Notes: generated from the sequence alone by a model not told the origin. Positions 1 to 9,674 are shown, numbered from the stretch's first letter. The stretch: 40,537 nucleotides of DNA from a virus (IMGVR_UViG_3300036773_000030:1-40537), one strand, 5' to 3'. Numbers and translations are program-made.

Positions 1-127
1 AAGCACATTGGCGGCAACGGTGTGCTCGCTCAGTGGCTTGCGCGCGACAACTATCATTTCGCAGGCCGGCTTCAAAGATGATGTGCTCGATTTCGGGAAT
101 CCAGACCCATACAGCCATTGAATGCAA
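1..127. repeat. Terminal direct repeat, copy 1 (assembly circular overlap)
   Basis: Identical to 40411-40537. Confidence 0.97.
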
Positions 128-402
128 TCTCTCACTTCAAATCCCGCATCCTCAATCGCGCAAACCATGCGGTGATAGGTGCGCGTGCCACCGAACGCCA
201 GCAAGTGACCGCCTGGTTTGAGCACACGCAGCACCTCGCGCCATACCTCAAGCCGGAAGGCGATGCCCGTGGCATCCCAAGCCTTGGCCATGAATCTCAA
301 TCCGTATGGCGGATCGGTCACGCAACTATCAATACTGTTGTCGGCCAGCGTCTTGAGCACATCGAGACAATCGCCGCAATGCAACGTGATTGCATCAGCC
401 AT
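1..402 (-). CDS. DNA amino-methyltransferase (N6-A/N4-C, beta class), N-terminal part; continues at 40410 down to 39742 (356 aa total)
   Basis: Manual translation from ATG at 402: MADAITLHCGDCLDVLKTLADNSIDSCVTDPPYGL...VLRVLKPGG; DPPY catalytic motif; in frame with ORF 39742..40485 across the join; not in the ORF track. Confidence 0.92.
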   Translation of the reverse strand, partial: MADAITLHCGDCLDVLKTLADNSIDSCVTDPPYGLRFMAKAWDATGIAFRLEVWREVLRVLKPGGHLLAFGGTRTYHRMVCAIEDAGFEVRDCIQWLYGSGFPKSSTSSLKPACEMIVVARKPLSEHTVAANVL

Positions 403-405
403 GCT

Positions 406-1059
406 TCACCACCGGCCCCGAACAAACGCGCGGGTACCAAACTCCAGCCGCCCGGGCGGCGGCATCACAAACGGTGCCCGCATCAATTGCAAACCAGCCG
501 CGGCGCCGGTCAGCACAATAGCGCCGGTTGCCGCCGTTAGCACCCAATCAACCTTGGCGGTCGGCGGGTAAAGCAGCCCGGCATCGCCGCCGGTCAGCAC
601 GATCGCGCCCGGCTCCGCCGACAGTATCAGATCAACCGCCACCGCCGCGCGCAACACCGCATCGTTGCCGGTCAGCACAATGGCACCCGGCGCTACCGAC
701 AAGACCGGATTGCGCGCTGTTAGCAGCCCGGCATCGCCGCCGGTCACCACGATCACGCCCGGCTCCGCCGGCAGAAGCGTATCGCGCCCCACCGCTAGAC
801 CGGCATCACCGCCACTCAAAACAATGGCGCCCGAGGTGACCGCTAGGATCGTATTGCGCGCCGTTAGCAGACCGGCATCGCTGCCAACCAGCGCGAACGC
901 ACCCGCTACTGCCGTCAGCGTGATCCGCTGGGTTTTCAGCAGCCCGGCCGGATTGCCGGTGAGCGTGATCGCCCCGGCAACCGCGTCTAACCCAAGTTGG
1001 CCGTCCCAGTGGGCCTCATCCCACTTTCCAGCATCCCAACGCTCAGGTACGCGAGCCAT
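406..1059 (-). CDS. Probable virion protein with seven ~24-aa repeats
   Basis: Repeats of L-x-A-x-x-G-A-I-V-L-T-G-x-D-A-G-L; N-terminal WDAGKWDEAHWD; in the late operon after portal. Confidence 0.7.
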   Translation of the reverse strand: MARVPERWDAGKWDEAHWDGQLGLDAVAGAITLTGNPAGLLKTQRITLTAVAGAFALVGSDAGLLTARNTILAVTSGAIVLSGGDAGLAVGRDTLLPAEPGVIVVTGGDAGLLTARNPVLSVAPGAIVLTGNDAVLRAAVAVDLILSAEPGAIVLTGGDAGLLYPPTAKVDWVLTAATGAIVLTGAAAGLQLMRAPFVMPPPGRLEFGTRAFVRGRW

Positions 1060-1065
1060 GTAGCA

Positions 1066-1491
1066 CTACGTAATGGTGAACACGCCGTTGGTCTGGTCCA
1101 GGTCGATCGTAAAAGTATCGCCGGCATTGAGCGTGACGCTAGCGGCATTGTCGTAATAGCCCACCAGTTTATTGCTAGCGGTGGAGTTGTACAAAATCAC
1201 ATAACGAAACGGTCCGATGCCGGCGCCGGTGGCGGTGAATACGCTATCGACCAGCACCAGCTTAAATACACCAGTAGTTGTTACCGCGCTGGTCGTGGTC
1301 AGGGTATTGCCACCGGCCGGATACCCGCCGGCATTCGCCGGTGGCGGCGCCACCGTCGTATTCCAGATAGTATCGCTCGCCGCTGTCGGCCCGGTATTGG
1401 TCAACGCCGCCTTATAAACGCAAGTTTGCAGGTTGTGACCGCCGATCGACAACTCGTTAATGAAGGAATTGTACTTGACAAAGGATGCCAA
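1066..1491 (-). CDS. Small beta-rich virion (head/tail accessory) protein
   Basis: 141 aa, Thr/Gly rich, GGYPAGG and GPFRYVILYN...LVGYYD pattern typical of phage structural proteins; GGAG RBS. Confidence 0.7.
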   Translation of the reverse strand: MASFVKYNSFINELSIGGHNLQTCVYKAALTNTGPTAASDTIWNTTVAPPPANAGGYPAGGNTLTTTSAVTTTGVFKLVLVDSVFTATGAGIGPFRYVILYNSTASNKLVGYYDNAASVTLNAGDTFTIDLDQTNGVFTIT

Positions 1492-1504
1492 TTTTATCTC
1501 CCCC

Positions 1505-3844
1505 CTAGAACAGCCCCCGTGCCGGCGGCTGCTGCGCTTTTTGCAAATTGAGCAGCGTTCGCGACGTCAGTTCACGCTGCTTCAAGGCATTGGTCTGCTC
1601 ATTGGCGCGCGCCTGCGCGATCTTACCCAACATGTCGGCCTGATGCGCCTGCCCCTCGGCCATCGCCTTGGTATTGGCTTGTCGCGCCTGCGCATCGTCG
1701 GCCGCGCCGCGACTGTTCAACTCCATGACTTTCAATTGCTGAGTCGAGGCAATCCTCATTTTCTCATGATCGTCCTTCATTTTGAGTTCAGCGGCTTTCA
1801 AGGCGTTGGTCGCTTGGTCTTGCTGCGCCTGCCTTGATTGTTTCATCTGTTCGATCTGCAATTGAATCTTACCGGCCGCCGTCGCCGGATCGTCGCCATG
1901 CGATTGACTGGCGGCCTGCTTGGACAGTTCAACGAATTCATCAATCGCGCCATCGAGCGAACGACCGCCGCGGAATGGCGCTACCGCGAACTTGAGTATC
2001 TCACCGCAGAACGCCGCCGACTGCGGCGCGGTGGCGGTCAATTGCGCCAGTTGCGGCAACAGCACGCCCAGCATCTGTACGAATTCGGTATGGCGCTGCT
2101 TTTCGGCATTCTCATCAACAACAACGGTGCTGTCGGTCTGAATATCAAGCGTGAACTCGCGCGCCCGGCAGTCACTCAAGAATTCCAGCACTTGTTCCAA
2201 CGTTGGTGTTTCCGACAATCGGGCAATAGCATCATTGCCGGACTGCATCATCTGTTGCGCCTGCTGCTGTAGCTGCGCCGCCTGCTCCGGGTTCTGCTGG
2301 GTCTGCTGTTGTACTTGCGGCATTTGCGCCATGATTTGCAGTGTTTTCTGCTGCGCCGCCAGTTGCTGCTGAATCTCCTTAATCTGCTGCTGCTGCATTT
2401 TCTGCGTCGGCAACTGGGTCTGCGACATCTTGATCAGCGTTACCGGATCGAATTTTTCGGTCAGAATATCGGCGGTGATCTCGACCAGATCGCGAGCGAT
2501 GCGCTCCAGTTCGTACTGCTTGTCGCGCACCCGGCTGGAACCGTATTGCGTCTTTAGCTGCTGCGCGCCCAAAGTCTCACCCGGATCGGTGGCGCCGCGC
2601 ATGATGTCAGACAGCCCCATGATCTGATAAACGTCGTCGATTACCTGCTTGCGCAAATCGACCAGCGTCGTCACCACCTGCGCAATCATGTCGATCGGCA
2701 ACCAGACGATGACTTCCTTGGAGCCACCGAACGCCGCCCAATTGCTGATCGGCACCAGCACCCGCCCCGGAGTTTTGATCGAGACGGCGGTATTGATCGC
2801 CTCGGATAATTCCGCTCCACCAGCCGGGTAGAATCCTTTCGCCTCGATTACATCAGACAGTGCATGAATGCGGCCGGTCAGCATGTCGATTTCGTCAAGC
2901 TGATCCTTGTATTGCAGCACATCCGGCACCGGCACCAGCCCGCCGCGCTGCACCGTGCCGTAGGCCGGACACGGGCAAGGAAAGAAATTCGCCAATTCCA
3001 GATGCGGGTCGTCTTCGTCCAGAATGTCCTCGCAACCGGCCGCGATCCAGATCACCCGCCTTTCGTTCTTGTTCCAGACTTCCCAGAACTTGGCGCGCTC
3101 GCGGTTGTCGGCGCCGCCGATCGATTGACTATCCTTGTCAACACGATACTCAGCCTCTTGATAAGCGTCAGCCGAATGCTGATGAAAACGGGTACGCGCC
3201 TCATCGCGGGTGAGATAGCTTGCCGCCGCCACCCACCAAACCTCTGGCCAAGTACGCGATATACTATGCAAGAAATCTCGCCGATTCTTAAAGTCGTAAC
3301 AAACCCGTTCATGCGCATAATGACTTGCACCCTTGGCCGATTCATAACGCACCCAGATCACGCCGCGCGAGGCCAGCGCCAAGTCATCGCGCGCCAGCAG
3401 CATTACGTCATTGATGCGGCCGACATCGAACGCCACCGTGCAACAGCGTTCCAATAGTTCAGACGCGGCTTGGTAAACCGGCCGTCGATCCTTGAACTTT
3501 GTCACCACCACCGGTATTGGCGGCGTGGCGTAGATCGCCGGTTTAAGTACTTCGCAATTGGCCCAGAACAACTGAAATTCTTTCTCGCGCGCCATGCTGG
3601 ACAATCGCGCCAGCGAGGCGAACCGCACATCAATCAGGTCGCAGTGCTTGTGCCAGTCATCGAATGCCTTTTCGCTTTCCTCGATCAGATTAATCCAGGC
3701 TCGCGCCTTGCGCGGCTCGACACTCGGATTGTATTCCAGTTCGTCGTGACGGATATCAGCATCATCCGGCGCCGGCACGGTATAGGGGCGCGGGTCGGTA
3801 TCCGGTGAATCGGACGGATAATCCGGCGGCTGCTGCGCGGCCAT
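1505..3844 (-). CDS. Portal protein with Gln-rich insert and C-terminal coiled coil
   Basis: 779 aa directly after terL; size and long helical C-terminus fit P22-like podovirus portals. Confidence 0.85.
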   Translation of the reverse strand: MAAQQPPDYPSDSPDTDPRPYTVPAPDDADIRHDELEYNPSVEPRKARAWINLIEESEKAFDDWHKHCDLIDVRFASLARLSSMAREKEFQLFWANCEVLKPAIYATPPIPVVVTKFKDRRPVYQAASELLERCCTVAFDVGRINDVMLLARDDLALASRGVIWVRYESAKGASHYAHERVCYDFKNRRDFLHSISRTWPEVWWVAAASYLTRDEARTRFHQHSADAYQEAEYRVDKDSQSIGGADNRERAKFWEVWNKNERRVIWIAAGCEDILDEDDPHLELANFFPCPCPAYGTVQRGGLVPVPDVLQYKDQLDEIDMLTGRIHALSDVIEAKGFYPAGGAELSEAINTAVSIKTPGRVLVPISNWAAFGGSKEVIVWLPIDMIAQVVTTLVDLRKQVIDDVYQIMGLSDIMRGATDPGETLGAQQLKTQYGSSRVRDKQYELERIARDLVEITADILTEKFDPVTLIKMSQTQLPTQKMQQQQIKEIQQQLAAQQKTLQIMAQMPQVQQQTQQNPEQAAQLQQQAQQMMQSGNDAIARLSETPTLEQVLEFLSDCRAREFTLDIQTDSTVVVDENAEKQRHTEFVQMLGVLLPQLAQLTATAPQSAAFCGEILKFAVAPFRGGRSLDGAIDEFVELSKQAASQSHGDDPATAAGKIQLQIEQMKQSRQAQQDQATNALKAAELKMKDDHEKMRIASTQQLKVMELNSRGAADDAQARQANTKAMAEGQAHQADMLGKIAQARANEQTNALKQRELTSRTLLNLQKAQQPPARGLF

Positions 3845-3868
3845 TAAGCCCCCTCCGTCATATCATGG

Positions 3869-5230
3869 TTACAATTGCATACCGCGTTTTGGTTCGGAAG
3901 GCGGTGGAAATACCCAGCCCTCGCGTTTGGGCATTACCGGTGGCCGCGGCGGCGCTGGCCGGTAGCCCATGGCCAGATAGCGGAAGGCATCGGCGCCGTG
4001 CGAACAGAAGTCATGCAATGGCGAGGCCCGAAAGCATTTTTTCTCGTCGTCCCACTCGCGTCGATACTGCTCCAGCATCGCAATGCCGGGTTCGCAACGC
4101 GGGTGAAACACGCACAGCGCCAGGGCGCGGCGCGCGGCATTGATACCGTCCGCCACCGAGGCCAGCGGCACCAGCATCGGTGCAAAGCCTAACCCTTGCA
4201 TGGTTTCGACGCGCGTGCGGCCGGACGTCCATTCCTTGATTTTGGCATCATGCGGCACGTATTCGGTACCGCGCCGCCAGCCGTGCTCCTGCTCCTTGCG
4301 CGCGATGACTTCGGTAAAGTGCTCCAGCCCCACTCCGGAGGCGCTGTAATAATCGAGCAAGACAATCTGACCGCCCTGCACCTGATAGAACCAGATCGCG
4401 GTATCGTCGGTAACGCCTAAGTCCCAAGCCCGGTGCACCGGCAGGTCGGGCAGTGCGGTGACTTCGAGGATACGCCCTTCGGCGCGCACTGCCGCCATTT
4501 CAATCGCGTAGAACGCACCGAGCACCGCCGCTGCCCAATCGCAGAGATACTCTTGCCGGAATTGCGCCATGCCGGCATCGTCGCCGTACAGCGCGCAATA
4601 TTCCATCAGTGACTCGTCAAGCTGCGCCCGCGTTAAGGCGCCGGTGTCCTCAGCAGTTTGCAGTTCGCAGAACCAACCCGGCGCCACGGCGGCGTGTTTG
4701 AACATTTCGTAGGCGTGATTGCGACCGCGCGGGGTAGTGATAAACGCCGCCCAGCCGTTGTTTTCCTCCAGCATTGGCCGGCAGTAGGCCCAAGCACTCG
4801 GATTCGCCAAGGCGTATTCAGAAAATACAATACCAGCGATCGAACCGCCGACGATCGAGGTGTTGTAATGGTCCGAGCCGATCACTTGCCAAGTCGAGCC
4901 GTTGACCAGCCGGATGAACATTTCCTGTTCGTTGGTATTGATGCGCAATGCCGGCGGGAATGCCTCATCGATACGACGGGCGCCGGTATGCGGATTGACG
5001 GCGGTCCAGATCGCCTTGCGGCCTTGTGCGTATTCCGGCAGGCAATGACAGTAATTACCAATCCGCCGCATCGCGGCGACGGCGGCGTGATGCAGGCAGA
5101 TTTCATCCTTGCCGGCGCGCCGGTGCCACACCGCGATGGCACGCCTACCGCCGTCCTGGAGATAGCGCCACAGCCGCATCTGATGATCGCGTGGCAGCCA
5201 GCCGTTAGCGGGAAGGGCAACCTCGATCAT
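3869..5230 (-). CDS. terL: Terminase large subunit
   Basis: Walker A VWHRRAGKD, Walker B GIVFSE, coupling motif FITTPRG, nuclease motifs AWDLG-DD and SHGADAFRY. Confidence 0.95.
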   Translation of the reverse strand: MIEVALPANGWLPRDHQMRLWRYLQDGGRRAIAVWHRRAGKDEICLHHAAVAAMRRIGNYCHCLPEYAQGRKAIWTAVNPHTGARRIDEAFPPALRINTNEQEMFIRLVNGSTWQVIGSDHYNTSIVGGSIAGIVFSEYALANPSAWAYCRPMLEENNGWAAFITTPRGRNHAYEMFKHAAVAPGWFCELQTAEDTGALTRAQLDESLMEYCALYGDDAGMAQFRQEYLCDWAAAVLGAFYAIEMAAVRAEGRILEVTALPDLPVHRAWDLGVTDDTAIWFYQVQGGQIVLLDYYSASGVGLEHFTEVIARKEQEHGWRRGTEYVPHDAKIKEWTSGRTRVETMQGLGFAPMLVPLASVADGINAARRALALCVFHPRCEPGIAMLEQYRREWDDEKKCFRASPLHDFCSHGADAFRYLAMGYRPAPPRPPVMPKREGWVFPPPSEPKRGMQL

Positions 5231-5479
5231 TTATGATTTGCGCTGTTTTTCCTCGATAATATTGCGAATGGTGAGGCGGATATCGCCCTCGCCATTTTCG
5301 CCGGTAACCGGCTGCGCGCATTTGCCGTGAGCGCGATCGAGCAGCATGCCGATGGCCTGAATACGGAGCGCCGCCGGCACCTCGGGTCCGCTGGCAAAAC
5401 CAGCTAGAATTTTGATATTAGATTCGGTGTAAGCGCCTGCCAGCGCACGCAAACTCTTAATATTTGGAACGTTGGCCAC
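5231..5479 (-). CDS. terS: Terminase small subunit
   Basis: 82 aa abutting terL; RIQA...LLDRAHGK-x-AQPVTGE pattern of small terminases. Confidence 0.75.
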   Translation of the reverse strand: MANVPNIKSLRALAGAYTESNIKILAGFASGPEVPAALRIQAIGMLLDRAHGKCAQPVTGENGEGDIRLTIRNIIEEKQRKS

Positions 5480-5764
5480 TTGCCCTAGGGGTTACCCCCT
5501 CCTATGCCTGATAGCGTGGAACCCTATCCGATCCGGGCTTTTTCTCCAAATTTGCCCGTAGGCGCGTTTTGATCGCGGGCAGGTACCGCCCTAGCACCCC
5601 CCTCGATTGACGCGACGGGCGGCGATCCCTCGCAACCCTGCGCCCCTCCATTCGGGCAGGGCGACGTGACTGGCTATCAAAACAAGTCCACACGGCTCGC
5701 TGGTACAAAATACAAGAAGTAATTACTTCCTGTACCCCGGATTTATGCGATGGCGGCCGTTGCC

Positions 5765-5813
5765 GTTCCCGGCCAATCGCCGATTAGTCGGGAACATATA
5801 TTTCAATGACTTA
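5765..5813. promoter_or_regulatory. 31-bp imperfect palindrome plus near-consensus IHF site upstream of terS
   Basis: GTTCCCGGCCAATCG-C-CGATTAGTCGGGAAC (13/15 arm match); TTTCAATGACTTA at 5801-5813 versus WATCAANNNNTTR. Confidence 0.4.
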
Positions 5814-5820
5814 GCCCGGA

Positions 5821-6192
5821 TTAATAGGCTGATCCGTAGATTCGCCAGATTTGGGCCTGCCGAGGCGGCGGTGTCCAATTTGGCTTGCACAAATCGCAGA
5901 TCATGACTGCTGGCGGATCGATCGGCCATTTTGGCGCGTGCCAGCGCCATGCGAGGTAGTCGAGATAATCCCCAGTTGATTCGAACCCGCCGGATTGCGG
6001 ATTATGATTCCGGATAACGGCCCAGCGCATGGGTGGAGTTGGCGGTGCCGGAGCGCGCGCTGTCGCCGGTAGCAAGGCGGCATAACCGGAATCGGTCACG
6101 CCCAAGGTTACGCCCAAGCCAGCGGCGAAGATGGCGATGGTAGCGAGGATAGCGAATTGGATTACGAATTGGATTACAGTTTGACGGGGCAT
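5821..6192 (-). CDS. Hypothetical membrane-anchored protein
   Basis: GGGAG RBS before ATG 6192; hydrophobic N-terminus, Pro-rich linker, CxxC near C-terminus. Confidence 0.55.
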   Translation of the reverse strand: MPRQTVIQFVIQFAILATIAIFAAGLGVTLGVTDSGYAALLPATARAPAPPTPPMRWAVIRNHNPQSGGFESTGDYLDYLAWRWHAPKWPIDPPAVMICDLCKPNWTPPPRQAQIWRIYGSAY

Positions 6193-6270
6193 TAAAGCAA
6201 TCTCCCAACGGTTGCTGATGTCCAAGTGGCGGGCACGGTGACGCTAAGCACCGGCCCGCCGCGCATCCTG

Positions 6271-6897
6271 TCAGAACGGAATCTCGTCGTCCAGCGGCAT
6301 ATCGGTGTCGTGGATTGCCAGTAGCGGGTCCTCGATTGACTGGCGCACGGCGGTGACGGCGGCGCCGGGAAACAGAGTTTTAGTTTTAGTAATTGCTGGC
6401 ATCGCCGCCAGCAGCTTGGCGATTTCATCCAAAGTAAAAACCACGACCTTGCGGCCTTGCGCCGTCACCGCGTGGGCGTGGGTGTTATCCGGCACGATGG
6501 CGGCGACGTAGGCGTCGGCCCCCTCGCCGACCGCGACCTCCCAGACTTGCGGGGCGAGCAATTCCGCGCCGGCGGTGGTTGCCGCCGCATCAAGCGCCTG
6601 CCAGGCATTGACCATACGCTGGCTTTCGCGCCGCACCGCCTCCAGGTCGCCGTGCCAGATCGCCTGATTGAGCAGGTAGCGTTGCCGGTCGAATTTCTCC
6701 CGCAGCTCCGGACCGACCAGCAGGCGCAGCCGGTCGGCACCCCATTTCCGTTCCATCGTCGCCGCCAGCAGGTCGGCCGCGTCCAGGTACGCCCGGCCGG
6801 CCAAGTAGCCGCCGGTATCGCCAGCCCAAAGCCGCTCGTCACTGACCGGGCTGGCGGCGATTTCGCCGCCTATCTGCAACTGCCTCTTTTTAGCCAT
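6271..6897 (-). CDS. Hypothetical phage protein downstream of primase
   Basis: 208 aa, GAGG RBS, acidic LDDEIPF C-terminal tail (SSB-like interaction tail). Confidence 0.75.
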   Translation of the reverse strand: MAKKRQLQIGGEIAASPVSDERLWAGDTGGYLAGRAYLDAADLLAATMERKWGADRLRLLVGPELREKFDRQRYLLNQAIWHGDLEAVRRESQRMVNAWQALDAAATTAGAELLAPQVWEVAVGEGADAYVAAIVPDNTHAHAVTAQGRKVVVFTLDEIAKLLAAMPAITKTKTLFPGAAVTAVRQSIEDPLLAIHDTDMPLDDEIPF

Positions 6898-6916
6898 GAA
6901 AGATTTTTTTCCTCTT

Positions 6917-7085
6917 TTTAGACTCCGGCGCCCAACGCCGGAGGTCTAAATCCCTAAGGGAGGGTCTGACTTCCGGTGTGAGCAAAATCAATGACTTAGA
7001 GGGTCAACCTCCGGACCTCCGGAAGACTTCCGTAATCAATGATATCAAGGGCTTAGGACCCCAACCCCCGTAACCTCCGGAAGAC
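6917..7085. other. Putative replication origin: hairpin, ACYTCCGG iterons and two IHF sites
   Basis: Inverted repeat 6917-6950; ACYTCCG(G) at 6969, 7007, 7015, 7026, 7073 (ACCTCCGGAAGAC twice); exact IHF consensus at 6986-6998 and 7043-7055; immediately downstream of the primase gene. Confidence 0.6.
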
Positions 7086-7109
7086 CATCTGTGGCTTTTT
7101 TGTGCTTTG

Positions 7110-9257
7110 CTAGGAAATCGAGCCTATGACTCTCAGGCCCCTGGACCTGCTGTCGGTATCGTAGACTTCGAGCGCGAGCACCTTATTGATGATCCACGTC
7201 TCGATCATTTCCGCGGCCATCGGCGGCTCGATTTTGAACATCCTGCCCATGATGGAAGGGGCATAGCGTCCCTGCTTCCGGGTCTGCGGGAATGGCGACC
7301 AGGGCAGCCCCTGTCGCCACGCCTCATCGATCGCCGTGAGGATGATCTGGCACTCCGCCTTGCTTGGCCAGCCACCGGCGCTGGGCGGCGGCGCGACCAC
7401 CGTCGCCTCGACCACCGTCGCCTCGACTACCAGCGACGTGTGACCGCCGATGTCGCCGATTGGCACCTCCTCGACAACGAAGTGCTGCACCCAGCCGTCC
7501 TCGGCCGCCTTGATCTTCCTAGCCCTGATCAACCCGTGCTTGGCACCCTCCTCACGCTCGACCTCGACCATGAAGTCGGCGCCGCCGGGAAACACCGTCG
7601 AACCCCGCATGTTGCCGGCGCGGCTGGTATGATGAACGCCAATCACGGTCGCGCCGAATCGCTGTCGCACCGCATCGCATGCCGCAACAAACAAAGTCAT
7701 ATCTTTCTGTAGATTCTCGTCGGCGCCGGGCAGCACGCGGCTCACCGTATCCACGAACACAGCTACGATTTCAGTCTGCGCTAGATCGGCGATCGCCGCC
7801 ACCGTTGCCAGCAGCCGGCCAACGTCTTCCGGCTTCATGAAATTGATCGTTTCCCGAATCAGATAGAACGGCGAACTGTCGGCCTCGATGCCGTTCCGCA
7901 ATTCCCAAGCCGCAATGCGGAATTTGAGGTCGGACTGCCCCTCGCTGGAAATGTAAACCACCGCCCCGCCGCGTTCGATTCGCCGTCCCCACCATTCCTG
8001 CCGGCGCAGCGCGAACGACAACCCCATGTCGAGCGCAATGAACGTCTTCAGGCATCCCGGTGGTCCATACAGGAACCCTAGCGAGCGCTCGATAACGAGG
8101 CCGGCGATAAGAAAAAACGGGTCGGCCAGGGCTTTGATCTGGCGAATGTCGAGATACTCAAACAGGGCGCCTGGATCGGCCTTGGCCTTTTCCTCGGCCC
8201 GCTCCGACGCCTGCGCGAACTCCTCCGGGTCGAACGGGTCCGGCTGCTCGTCGTGGGGCGGGTTGCGGGGCGGACTGGCGGCGTCATCCACCATCCGCGG
8301 CGACCCCCAGTGCCGCATGGCGGCACCCCACTTGCGCCAGAACGCAGTCGGCCCTCGCCCCTCTTGCTCCAGTCCGGCGCGCTTGTCGCCGCCGGCAATG
8401 CGCGTCGTTACCTTGCGTTCGTAAATCAGATAAGCCGCTTCGGCACGGGCTTGCCATTGCACCTCCGGCGGCCGGATCGGGCATTCCCGATACCACTCCA
8501 GCACCTCGCGCCAGACCGTGCGGAACATCACCACCTCGCGACCGTCCTGGTAATTGCCAAAACCGTCGTAGTCGCTCGCTGGTGAGGCGGTGTGCTGCCT
8601 ATGGCCGTCGCCGCCACCCGAGGTGCCCTGGTCGCCGCCGTAGGCTTCCACCAGCGCCTCAATGGCATCCAGCAGCCATTGCGGCGCGTCGGCGATTTCA
8701 ATCTCCCACGGCGCCCGGCCGGGCAGCCACTCGTAGTTCTGGCCGCTTTCATGCAGGGACGGCGCCATCACGGCGAAACCGCCCTGACCGCGAATATCGA
8801 CGCCAATCGCTGTCCTATTGGTCGGCGCGTGCCAGCCGGCCGGATAGCGAAACAACTTTTGCCGGCCGCCGCCGCCGGTGCGCTGCTCGACCGTCTCCAA
8901 GTCCAGATTGTTGTTCTCAACCGCCAGCAATCCGTCCCACCATCGCTTGGCGGCTGGCGTTTTATAGCTATCGAGATCGACCACCATGATTCGGCCCGAC
9001 GCTTGACCGGTAATGATCCCCATGTTGCGGCGGGACACGTAAGCGCCGTCGGCTCCGTACCAGCGCGCAAAACCGGCATCGGATACCAGCGCGCGCTGTA
9101 AATCACGCCAGTCCGCCAATGCTGGCCGTTTCCACTGCGTGTCTTTTTTCGGCATGTGGCATGGAATGATCTGTAGCCCGCAGGCGCGATACATCGCCGC
9201 CCACTCAGCGGGACCTGCGAAGTCGGGATCGAAATCCGATACCGGCGCGGCTATCAT
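7110..9257 (-). CDS. Bifunctional primase-polymerase fused to RepA/AAA-type helicase
   Basis: N-terminal Prim-Pol motifs (MVVDLD, TGGGGRQ, VDIRGQGGFAVMAPSLH); C-terminal P-loop GPPGCLKT, Walker B VFVD, GVHHT-x-R...RGS. Confidence 0.9.
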   Translation of the reverse strand: MIAAPVSDFDPDFAGPAEWAAMYRACGLQIIPCHMPKKDTQWKRPALADWRDLQRALVSDAGFARWYGADGAYVSRRNMGIITGQASGRIMVVDLDSYKTPAAKRWWDGLLAVENNNLDLETVEQRTGGGGRQKLFRYPAGWHAPTNRTAIGVDIRGQGGFAVMAPSLHESGQNYEWLPGRAPWEIEIADAPQWLLDAIEALVEAYGGDQGTSGGGDGHRQHTASPASDYDGFGNYQDGREVVMFRTVWREVLEWYRECPIRPPEVQWQARAEAAYLIYERKVTTRIAGGDKRAGLEQEGRGPTAFWRKWGAAMRHWGSPRMVDDAASPPRNPPHDEQPDPFDPEEFAQASERAEEKAKADPGALFEYLDIRQIKALADPFFLIAGLVIERSLGFLYGPPGCLKTFIALDMGLSFALRRQEWWGRRIERGGAVVYISSEGQSDLKFRIAAWELRNGIEADSSPFYLIRETINFMKPEDVGRLLATVAAIADLAQTEIVAVFVDTVSRVLPGADENLQKDMTLFVAACDAVRQRFGATVIGVHHTSRAGNMRGSTVFPGGADFMVEVEREEGAKHGLIRARKIKAAEDGWVQHFVVEEVPIGDIGGHTSLVVEATVVEATVVAPPPSAGGWPSKAECQIILTAIDEAWRQGLPWSPFPQTRKQGRYAPSIMGRMFKIEPPMAAEMIETWIINKVLALEVYDTDSRSRGLRVIGSIS

Positions 9258-9661
9258 GGCGGCTCCCGCGCTTCGACTTTTGCAACGATCCTTTGCGCCA
9301 CCGCGAGTTGCTTCTCGCTCAACTCGTAATCATGCAGATAGCGTTTCGAGACATCGGACGCGAATTGACACTCCCAATTTGTCAAAATGAATTCATAATC
9401 ATCGGCATTTTTGGTAATCCCGGCCAGCGCCCGCAGAATGACATCGACTTTGCTTTCCTGACTATGCTCGCGCCATCCTGGTGGCGGTTTCGTTTCATGT
9501 CGCTGTGGCGCGGGTCCGTAAATCAATTCAGTGATTGTCAATTTTCTTTTCCGCGCCATGTCGGCAATCATGCGCGCCGCATTGGCACGCTCGCCGTCGA
9601 ATGACGAACCGAGCATGCCAAGTAGTTTTTGCAGCCTGACTTTTTCGTCGGGCTCTCCCAT
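9254..9661 (-). CDS. Hypothetical protein
   Basis: KLLGMLGSSFDGERANA N-terminus and LTNWECQF...LSEKQ C-terminus resemble common phage hypotheticals; ATGA overlap with primase. Confidence 0.7.
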   Translation of the reverse strand: MGEPDEKVRLQKLLGMLGSSFDGERANAARMIADMARKRKLTITELIYGPAPQRHETKPPPGWREHSQESKVDVILRALAGITKNADDYEFILTNWECQFASDVSKRYLHDYELSEKQLAVAQRIVAKVEAREPP

Positions 9662-9674
9662 CCAGCCGCCCGCT

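Noticed and set aside
1-127. Biological direct terminal repeat (T7-like)
   Set aside because: Falls mid-gene and has a k-mer-typical length; better explained as assembly overlap
5502-5950. ORFs 5502..5708 and 5723..5950
   Set aside because: No RBS or recognisable motifs; they overlap a better gene or probable regulatory DNA
7396-7431. 15-bp duplication (VVEAT)x2 in the primase; likewise (SEAK)n in the scaffold at about 36610-36670
   Set aside because: In-frame linker slippage with no evidence of function
8050-8075. Atypical Walker A (GPPGCLKT) as a sign of an inactive helicase
   Set aside because: Catalytic Lys-Thr, Walker B and downstream motifs are intact
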